A stretch of 51,888 bases of DNA, the filler included, from an uncultured virus (IMG/VR IMGVR_UViG_2061766007_000155) (Duplodnaviria > Heunggongvirae > Uroviricota > Caudoviricetes). It is 5 parts of one record of this genome, joined end to end, with 100 filler letters (N's around TTAATTAATTAA, not from the genome) between each part and the next. Parts side by side here need not be neighbours in the genome. Positions count along the whole stretch, not along the records: positions 41,302 to 45,663 come from IMGVR_UViG_2061766007_000155; positions 45,764 to 51,888 come from IMGVR_UViG_2061766007_000155; 3 more parts are not named here. One strand, given 5' to 3'. The notes under the pieces were generated by a model, which was given only the letters and a program-made list of their open reading frames with translations, was not told where the DNA came from and ran no database searches. The position numbers and the translations under genes were made by a program. Below are positions 44,144 to 51,888 of the stretch, one piece after another; the stretch's first letter is position 1; each line of letters starts with the position of its first letter.

Positions 44144-44327
44144 CCTACACCCCCATCACCAGCGCCGCGTACACGTCGGACCTGGTCTCCTTTTCNNNNN
44201 NNNNNGAGACCAGCCAGGCACCTCTCGACCTCGACGTAGTTCAGCTTGCGGTCCCTGTTCTCCACGTACATCTTCTTCCCGCGCTTCACGCCGGNNNNNN
44301 NNNNTCTGCTTCTTTGTCTTTGCCATA

Positions 44328-45154
44328 TTACACCCCCATCACCAGCGCCGCGTACACGTCGGACCTGGTCTCCTTTTCGCTCATGTGCCTTTCCATGTGT
44401 ATCACCGCGTCCAGGATTTTCGCCCGTTCCATGGCGTACCTGTCGCGCCTGTCGTAGTCGGACTGCTTGGGCGAGCCAATCCTGCCGAGGTCCATGTTGT
44501 TGTCGAGGTCCACCAGCTTCACCTTTGCGGCGAGCAGGTTCTCCGAGACGCGCTCGATGTACACGTCCCTGTCCTCCGACTTCTTCCTGGTAAGAATCTC
44601 GACCACCTTCCATACCACTGGAGGGAACCACATCATCAGGTCNNNNNNNNNNTTCTTCGTTGTATGGCTATGGCGTTTTGAAGGATTTGCCGAACATCAT
44701 TACGCATGCCGCCACCTTCAGCAATGCCGATTCCGCGGCGAACCTGGCACAAATNNNNNNNNNNCCCGGCAACCCGCCGGTTCACGAATTAAACTATTAC
44801 TTTTTCGCGCCAACATACCGAATTATATACTAATTTAGGGGCAGATTCAAGGGAACCAGCATGAAAATACCGGTAATAGACGACAGGTTCAACTTCACCA
44901 CACAGAAGGTGGAGAAGATGCGGATAGACATCATGGCGGAACTGAAGCAGGAGGCCACCGGCGTCCTCTCCATCGTCACCCAGTGCGACACCAACGTCGA
45001 GCTGGGNNNNNNNNNNTTCGATGTACCTGTGGCCGCCCTTGTCGACCTGGCCGTCGTGAGCGAACTCGGCGAACTTCACCGCACGCTCGACGATACCCAA
45101 TCCTGACGGGATGCCCGTCCTCACGAATTCCTTAATCTCGTCCCTTGACCGCAT
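44328..45154 (-). CDS. SpoT/Mesh1-like HD hydrolase (small alarmone hydrolase-like); further pieces at 41301-41409 and 45331-45603
   Basis: AH.GQ.DK.G..YI.H, AYLHDVVED, VKL.D...N. Confidence 0.85.
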
Positions 45155-45763
45155 AATTTCCTGCTTCCGGTTAAAAGGGTTAAATCAACATATTGCCCGG
45201 CAACCCGCCGGTTCACGAATTAAACTATTACTTTTCGCGCCAACGTACCGAATTATATACTAATTTAAGTGCAGATTCAAGGGAACCAGCATGAAAATAC
45301 CGGTAATAGACGACAGGTTCNNNNNNNNNNCCACGACGGACAGGTCGACAAGGGAGGCCACAGGTACATCGAGCACGTCGCCGGGGTCGGCAGGGAAGCC
45401 GCCAGGCGCTACCAGGACGACAACCTCACCGCGATAGCGTACCTACACGACGTGGTAGAGGACGGAGGCTTCACCATATCAGACCTGATGATGTGGTTCC
45501 CTCCAGTGGTATGGAAGGTGGTCGAGATTCTNNNNNNNNNNACACATGAGCGAAAAGGAGACCAGGTCCGACGCGTACGCGGCTCTGGTGATGGGGGTGT
45601 AATATGGCAAAGACAAAGAAGCAGGCGGAAGAACCGGCAGTACCAAGGATTCCTTCGGCTGACNNNNNNNNNNNNNNNNNNNNNNNNNNNNNNNNNNNNN
45701 NNNNNNNTTAATTAATTAANNNNNNNNNNNNNNNNNNNNNNNNNNNNNNNNNNNNNNNNNNNN

Positions 45764-46129
45764 CCCTGTAATTTCAACTACTTGGCAAGTTCCGACTTGT
45801 GATTGGAGCAGTGTTCCGTTTTCGTCACCATCGCCGCAGAACAATTTTCCTATACCAAGCAGAGTATCATGGACTGCAGTTCCTTGGTCATATAATGGCG
45901 TAATTACATACCAGATTTGTGGGTCACTGGTGGAAATCCATTCGGCACCGCATGCTTTGGCTCTAGTACCAAGTTTATTTCTTGGATTAACATTGGTTCT
46001 ATCAAAATGAAACCTAATCTTGATGTATGGCCGGTCATACACCAGGTCGCTCCCATAGTATACCTGGGAGATGCGGTCTCTGCCGTAATAAATTTCGCCC
46101 ACGTTGTCGGTACCAACACTCGCCGACAT
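45764..46129 (-). CDS. Tail-fibre-associated protein, N-terminal part
   Basis: EIYYG.DRISQVYYGSDLVY adaptor-like motif; TGATG coupling to upstream fibre gene. Confidence 0.65.
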
Positions 46130-47965
46130 CAGGTGGCTTCCTTCACAAGGTATATGGTGTTCGGGTCCCTGTGCGCTGCGTCAGGCAGGTTTGCCCTGGC
46201 CACTACCACGATTTTCGTCGGCGCGTCGGGATAGTCGGTGCTCGCGATGCCCTCTACCCGCACGTCAAGGGCGGCCGNNNNNNNNNNTGGTACCGGTAGA
46301 GATTGCGTTCGGTATGGTGACGACACCGCTTGTCGGAGTAAGCGGATTGCTTGCGCCTTCCAGCTTGACGCCGGTCACGAAATCTCCAGGGGCAAAGCTG
46401 GAATCGGCGAGGTTACCGTTAGCATCGAGAGCAGCAAGGTTGCCTGCTGCGGCCGGAACCGCCTTGTTAGCCTTGGCAGTATCGGACGGGTGAACGTGGT
46501 CAGCGCGTGCATATGCATCGGATACACCGACATCGGCGGTACCGTCCATCTCCGGGGTATCCGTAGAAGCAGCCGCCACGGGGACCGTTAGCGTAACTGC
46601 GCTACCGGTGCTCGGGGTGATTGTAAGGGTGCTGTTCGATACTGACGCGCTCACAAGGTAATCCGTGATGCCGTCGAGTTTTGCCTTGTCCGCGCTGGAC
46701 ATGGCACCGTCCGCGCTAGTTGTCGCGTTCGGGATGTTGATATCCTTTGTGCCCGACGTCGGCGAAATGGCAGTGCCGGAACCGACTGAAATTGTAGTTA
46801 CCACGTTTTCCAGTTCAGCCACGGTCTTCCCGGAATCGACGATGTCGTCATTCGGTCCAAATACGACGATATGCGTATCCGTATGGGTGTTCGGCATTTC
46901 GACATAGCCGGACATATCCATCGTCGTATCGCCGACGAGTTCCCATACCGGTCCGGTAGTGTTCGTGCAAATCCATTCCTTGTATACGTCAGCCCCAGTT
47001 GCGGAAGTATCCTTCACGAGATAGATAAAGTGAACATCCGGGTTGGCAACATCGGGGTGCATATCAGCTCCGGTACCATTCGCCTTCTTGTACCCGCCGA
47101 AGTCGGCGATTGCCGCTTCTAGGGCAGCCTGGTCAACCAGCTTGTTCTGTGCGGTCGCCGTGGAAGGAATGACTTCGGTAGCGTTGTCGAGGTTAGCCTT
47201 GTCGGTATCGGTCATGAGACCGCCGGTAGCTGCGGAACCACCGGATGCTGATGCGGCATTCGGGATTGTAACCGTAGTATTCCCGGCCTGGTTGGCGGTG
47301 AATGTCTGGGCCTGCGCAGAACCGACCGTGATGGAGAGGGTACCGTCATTTACGGCACTCGGAAGGCCATCGAGCTTTTCCTTATCGGCAGCCGACATAA
47401 GACCGGCTGAGCCACCTTGCCCGCTCGTAGAAGCAGTCGCGGTCGCATCGGGAATCGTGACAGTATGTTCGGCGACAGCCGTCGTATGACCTGCCGTGTC
47501 AACGGTTTCGCTGGTAACCTTGAATGTGCCGCCGAAGCCTGGAGTCTGGTTGGTTGTATCGCCAACTGACGTAACCGAAGCCGGACCGGCATCTGGGTGA
47601 GTGTAGACGTCGGTTTCATGGCCATCGATAACGATGTTACCGTTGGTCTGGGATTCTTCTACACAGGTAGCGCCATCGGATATCCCATCGAGCTTTTCCT
47701 TGTCTGTCGCGCTCATCACGCCCGGAGTGGCTGAACCGCCGCTAGGGGCGCTCACTGCAGCCGGAATTGTGACCGTACCGGCAGAAGCCTGGTTAGTGGT
47801 GAACGTGCCGGCAGTCGGGCCGGTAGACGCGTCGGCCACCTTGATGGTGATGGTCGAATCGTTTGCGCTCTCGATGTCTTCAAGGAGCCTGCCCTTAAAG
47901 TCCCTATTGGCGCGTTCGGCAGCGATTTTCTGCCCGTTAAACCTAGTCCAGAGTTGTTCGCTCAT
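46129..47965 (-). CDS. Tail fibre protein (one gap)
   Basis: Four G(L/V/A)M(S/T)..DK..LD repeats, FTxNQA repeats, IYLV...Y.EW...WE..G, DPNTIYLV. Confidence 0.8.
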
Positions 47966-48001
47966 GATATACCCTCTTGGTTATCCGCTTTCGTGCGTAG
48001 T

Positions 48002-49000
48002 TTATGGCCCGATAACCTGGCCATTTTCGTTAAATTCTTCCGTTGTTCCCTGTACAAGCCCGGATAGCCCGGTGTCCCCAAGTACAGCCGTGGCCAGCGG
48101 GATTGTCACCCTCTTTCCTATGATGTCGAGGTCCCCGTCTGGCGTAGCAATCTTGTCGATTGCGCCGGTTCCGGCAAAGGAGACCTCGGTCCCGTCGCTG
48201 CCGGTGATTACAAGGACTCCGTCCTCTACCTTGGCACCTTCCAGGTAGTAGTCGATGCGGTCCTGCTTGGCGTCCCAGGTGAACTTCTCCCCGGTCTTTA
48301 CCAGGGAAATCTCGTCGCCGCCTTCGGAGGCCGGACGCCAGACGATGTTCGTCAGTTTTTCCTTGTCGGCATCTGTGTAGTCGTTGGTGGAAAGCCCCTT
48401 GCCTTCCTCCTTGTCGACCTTGGTGGCGAGCGCGGCATTTACGTCTGCAGTGTTTGCCTTCTTGGCGAGTTCGGTATCGACGTAGGTTTTATCGGACTTC
48501 TTCGCGAGTTCGGTATTGACGTAGGTCTTGTCGGCCTTCTTTGCGAGCTCACGGGTCACGTAGGTCTTGTCGGCCTTCTTGGCCAGCTCGGTATTTACGT
48601 AGGTCTTGTCGGCCTTCTTGGCGAGTTCGGTATCGACATAGGTCTTGTCGGCCTTCTTCGCGAGCTCATGGTTCACGTAGGTCTTGTCGGCCTTCTTGGC
48701 CAATTCCGTATCTACATAGGACTTCTCGGCCTTCTTGGCGACAGTGTTGTCAAGCTGGGAAAGATGGACAGTTACCGTAGGGTCCGTCTTGGCCGACACG
48801 GTATAGGTCTTGTCACCAGTCTTCTCGTCGGTGCATAGCTCGACGTCGACGTTCTTCCCGGCTTCGACGTTGACCGTCCTCCGGGTCATCCAGTACACGT
48901 AAGGGTGCGGCGCCTGGCGGTCCCCGTTGTAGTTCAGCGGGGTCGGTCCCGTCGGCGACGGGTTGCATGACGGGTGTGGGGCGCAGTTGCACCTGGCCAT
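48002..49000 (-). CDS. Fibre/collar-like virion protein with coiled-coil repeats
   Basis: 13-aa repeats, KVDK..GKGLSTNDYT..DK.KL; allele at 51769-51888. Confidence 0.8.
   Translation of the reverse strand: MARCNCAPHPSCNPSPTGPTPLNYNGDRQAPHPYVYWMTRRTVNVEAGKNVDVELCTDEKTGDKTYTVSAKTDPTVTVHLSQLDNTVAKKAEKSYVDTELAKKADKTYVNHELAKKADKTYVDTELAKKADKTYVNTELAKKADKTYVTRELAKKADKTYVNTELAKKSDKTYVDTELAKKANTADVNAALATKVDKEEGKGLSTNDYTDADKEKLTNIVWRPASEGGDEISLVKTGEKFTWDAKQDRIDYYLEGAKVEDGVLVITGSDGTEVSFAGTGAIDKIATPDGDLDIIGKRVTIPLATAVLGDTGLSGLVQGTTEEFNENGQVIGP
48428..48739 (-). repeat. Eight tandem 39-bp (13-aa) coding repeats AKKADKTYVxTEL
   Basis: Counted in translation, aa 88-191. Confidence 0.92.
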
Positions 49001-49092
49001 CTTCTAATCCCTCCTGCCGAGGCCGGCATAGCGAAATATCCTGTACTGCCAGTAGTTTATCGGTATACTTTGGGTGGACATAGCCTTATGTT

Positions 49093-50520
49093 TTAATGTT
49101 GTCCACGCTCGTTAATCATCTCGCCGTGCTGCCGCTCGATGGCGTCCTTCGCCTTGGAGTACCCGGCGTTGGCCCCGTGGTAGAGTCCCTTGGCCGCGCC
49201 TACCGCGCCGCCGACGATTCCCGCGCCGATTTCACCGCCCTTGTCGACAGCATTGTGTGCCCACCGGTGCAGCATCTTGCCCCAGCCTTCGGATTTCTCC
49301 TCCTTCGGGGCTTCGCAGCGCCCGTTGGTGGAGCCGCTGGACTTGCCGCCCTTGCTCACGCTGGACTTGGTCTCGGCCTTAACAGCGGACTGGCTGGCGG
49401 AGCCGTTCCCGGACTTCTTGACCTGTGTCTTGCCGTTGGCGACCGCCTTTGGCTGACCGCCCTGCGTCTTGCCGTCGCTGCCGCCGGAAACCGTGTAATG
49501 TGCCGGGAGGTTGTTGGCCATCTTGTAGGACACGTAGTCGTCGGGGGTGAGCGTGTACGTGCTGTCGTCGCTGAACACCACGGACGAGGGGTCCTTCGTG
49601 TTCGGCACGGCGGAGCTGCTTGACTTCGCCGAGCTGCTTGACTTGGCGTTTGCCTTGTTCACCCCGGCCTTCTGCTGTTCGGCCTTCTGTGCCGCCTGCC
49701 TCTGCTGTTGCTGGTAGAGCGGGGTGGGTGCCTTGGTCGCGTACGGGGCCGAGCCCGCGGTGGCGGCATTGGCTGCCCCGAATCCGATTGCGGCGGCTGC
49801 GGCGGCGTTCTTCCAGAAGCTCTCCATGAGTTCTTCCGATTCGAACACGGGGGCCTTCTTCACGTAGTATACGGCCTCGTTAGCGGCCGGTGCCTGCTGC
49901 TTCTGTTGCTGCTGGCCTCCCTTCTTCGCCTGGGCCGACTTGATGGCCTTCTTGAGACACATGTCGGCGAGCTTGGTGCATACGCCCTGCATGGACTTCT
50001 CCGGGAGCGGGGCGTAATTCTTGTTCTTCATGTAGGCCTTGACCGCATGCGCTACCGTTTTCAGGAGCGGGGCCTCGATGTCCTTGACCTTGGGTTCTCC
50101 CGGGAACTGCTCGGCCATTGCCTGGCCGACCCGGGTGAAGATGTTGTCCCCGCCATCGGCGGTGAGTTCCTTGAGCAGGTTCTCCGGGTTGATTGCGCCC
50201 GGTGCGCCGTCCTCCTTGTTGACTTCGTCGGCCGACGGGGCGTCGCCGGGGTTCCCGGTGATGTCGTCGAGGTCGCTGTCGCCGTCGAGGTCGGTAAGTT
50301 CCTCGTCTTCGCCTTCCTTTTCGCCTTCGCCTTCCTTGCCGGAATCGTCTGAACCTTCACCGTCGGACGTGTCCTCGGACTTGTCCTCCTTGTCGGTGTC
50401 CTCCTTGTCGGTATCCTCGTTCGTGCCTTCGGCGAGGTCGTCGTCGTTGCCTACGCCTTCCAGCAGGAAATAGTCCTTCAGCCTGTCGAATTCGCTCTCG
50501 AATGTAAGGTAGTCGCGCAT
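49093..50520 (-). CDS. Putative internal head/ejection protein
   Basis: TATAAACT at 50551-50558; TFE-S, LLE-G, VFE-S, LME-S motifs; hydrophobic Ala/Gly helices. Confidence 0.65.
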   Translation of the reverse strand: MRDYLTFESEFDRLKDYFLLEGVGNDDDLAEGTNEDTDKEDTDKEDKSEDTSDGEGSDDSGKEGEGEKEGEDEELTDLDGDSDLDDITGNPGDAPSADEVNKEDGAPGAINPENLLKELTADGGDNIFTRVGQAMAEQFPGEPKVKDIEAPLLKTVAHAVKAYMKNKNYAPLPEKSMQGVCTKLADMCLKKAIKSAQAKKGGQQQQKQQAPAANEAVYYVKKAPVFESEELMESFWKNAAAAAAIGFGAANAATAGSAPYATKAPTPLYQQQQRQAAQKAEQQKAGVNKANAKSSSSAKSSSSAVPNTKDPSSVVFSDDSTYTLTPDDYVSYKMANNLPAHYTVSGGSDGKTQGGQPKAVANGKTQVKKSGNGSASQSAVKAETKSSVSKGGKSSGSTNGRCEAPKEEKSEGWGKMLHRWAHNAVDKGGEIGAGIVGGAVGAAKGLYHGANAGYSKAKDAIERQHGEMINERGQH

Positions 50521-50573
50521 CTTGTGCCCCTGACGCAAAATTTTTATAAAAGTTTATATCGGGATTTCGGATT

Positions 50574-50586
50574 TTTGCTATATTTG
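50574..50586 (+). promoter_or_regulatory. Putative host-RNAP promoter TTTGCTATATTTG
   Basis: Third exact copy; divergent from a late promoter. Confidence 0.7.
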
Positions 50587-50619
50587 TTGTAGTGAAATAA
50601 TAACAATCACAGGAAAATC

Positions 50620-51758
50620 ATGGCCGAAACAAACTTTCTTGACCTTTTGAAGGAACTCGGGAACCAGATTCCCCGCTTCTCTACTGACTTCATCACGCCG
50701 GAAGGACTCGACTGGAAGAAGCTCAAGCGTACAATCCGCGGTGCCAGCTTCAAGAGCATCCTGCCCGCATGTTCAATCGCCACCGACCTGGCCTCAAGGC
50801 TTTTCGAGAAGTCCACCAACAGGACGCTGAAGGACTTCATCGGGTTCACCCGCAACAGCATCGCCCTGTACTACGTCCTCGACAATATCCACGCCAACGT
50901 GCAGCCGTCCAACTCCATGGAGAACCGTGCCGAAATCGTGTTCTGGAAGGAGATGGCCAACAAGTTCGGCATCGAGATTCCCATCTGCGACCACTATTCC
51001 GGCGCCTGCGCGGGCGCAATCCCGCTCGGCGACATCCTCATGTACCTCACCTACAAGATGAAGGTGAAGTCCACCTACGAGTTCACAGCCGACGACGGCG
51101 TGTACGACTTCAGGATTGAGGGCATCGAGGGAAACCCGCCGACCATCAACTCCACCGGCAACATCATCATCACGAGCCCGCTCTGCGTGCTCATCCGCTG
51201 CCGCCGCCTGAAGGAATCCGGCGGAGACTCGCTCGTCGAGACGCTGTACGTGCTGAAGATGGAGAAGTTCACCGTGGACGCGGCCTCCAAGGAAGGCGGT
51301 ATGACCGCATTGACTTCCGACGGGGACGGCTCCAAGTATATCGGCGGCCAGATTCTCACCGAGCACGCCGCGTTCGTCCTGGAACACCCGACCATCGCCA
51401 ACGAGGACCCGGTGCAGGCATGCCTCGCATACATCTACCGCGAACTTGACCCGGGGAAGTACCACTACTACGTCGACGCCAGCCGCATCTACGTCCGCCC
51501 GAACGAACCGCGCACGGACTCCGAGTTCTGGGTCCGCTCAAAGACTATGACGCAGATTTCCGAATGGTGCTCCCGCGCAGCCGAGAAGAACCAGTCCATG
51601 TCATACGCGCTCGTCGGCCCCCTCGGTACCGGCAAGACCTCCACTTGCGAGCACATCATGGACGACCTCGCCGCAAAGGGCTTCATGATTATCAACTGCA
51701 AACTCGAGGACCGGTCTCTCGACACTACGCTCGACCGTATCCAGTTCTGCATCAATAT
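50620..51758 (+). CDS. Second AAA-type ATPase with long N-terminal domain (truncated by gap; absent from ORF track)
   Basis: AGGA RBS, MAETNFLDLL..., YALVGPLGTGKT Walker A near 51604-51639. Confidence 0.8.
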
Positions 51759-51888
51759 NNNNNNNNNNGGACACGGTGTAGGTCTTGTCGCCCGTCTGGG
51801 CGTCCGTGCACAGCTCGACGTCTACGTTCTTCCCGGCGTCGACGTTGACCGTCCTCCGGGTCATCCAGTACACGTAAGGGTGCGGCGC

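Larger units (their letters stand above)
1..51888. mobile_element. Large T4-like myophage genome fragment (multi-haplotype metagenomic scaffold)
   Basis: gp17-type terminase, gp4-like nuclease, gp5/gp53/gp26-like baseplate genes, tail fibres, phage sigma factor, NrdD; no bacterial housekeeping operons or integrase seen. Confidence 0.95.

Noticed and set aside
42560..44754. Near-duplicate of part of the receptor-binding-like gene (44653-44754) as a DGR template repeat
   Set aside because: Differences are few and synonymous, the piece is N-bounded, and no reverse transcriptase is in the window
8515..45719. TTAATTAATTAA palindromes
   Set aside because: Artificial contig linkers inside N runs
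41301..46129. Same genes on both strands, suggesting an invertible segment near tail fibres
   Set aside because: Every orientation switch is at an N gap or linker, no invertase or crossover repeats are seen, and similar flips occur elsewhere (8217-8905, 17911-20120); best explained by scaffolding
48428..48739. CRISPR-like periodic repeats
   Set aside because: Contiguous in-frame coding repeats with no unique spacers
5271..50473. Long antisense or alternate-frame ORFs (e.g. 5271-6218, 15256-16314, 25064-26194, 27701-29179)
   Set aside because: Shadow ORFs expected from high GC3 opposite well-supported genes
1..51888. Stop-codon reassignment
   Set aside because: TAG, TGA and TAA all end recognisable full-length genes; conserved proteins have no internal stops
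1..51888. tRNA or rRNA genes
   Set aside because: No cloverleaf or rRNA-like stretch recognised in the short intergenic regions; tRNAscan not run

Overview
The whole window is part of a large T4-like (contractile-tailed) bacteriophage genome, about 58-60% GC by eye, assembled from a mixed population. Many 10-N gaps separate overlapping near-identical haplotype pieces, some reversed or misplaced, and four N-flanked TTAATTAATTAA linkers join contigs, so many genes are split or duplicated artefactually. Recognisable modules: (1) tail/baseplate (tape measure, gp26/51/48/53/27/5/54/3-like, gp4 head-completion nuclease); (2) terminase large subunit and tail fibres; (3) anaerobic ribonucleotide reductase NrdD/NrdG; (4) host-takeover genes (sigma70-family factor, IF-1, small heat-shock protein, SpoT-type HD hydrolase, HAD nucleotidase, two AAA ATPases); (5) two glycosyltransferase loci and two CxxC thiol-oxidoreductases. 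Most notable observations: a TATAAACT late-promoter regulon driving dispersed putative internal head proteins with hydrophobic-X-Glu cleavage motifs, including a strain-variable cassette with an apparent empty-site allele; an Hsp20 with a Gln-rich prion-like domain; a gp5 spike with a Zn-ligand-less amidase fold; a candidate UUU_CGA +1 frameshift in the gp26/gp51-like pair; and apparent complete GATC avoidance. A TTTGCTATATTTG promoter motif and class III RNR suggest an anaerobic Bacteroidota/Fibrobacterota-type host (inference). All protein calls come from motif recognition by eye, not database searches.
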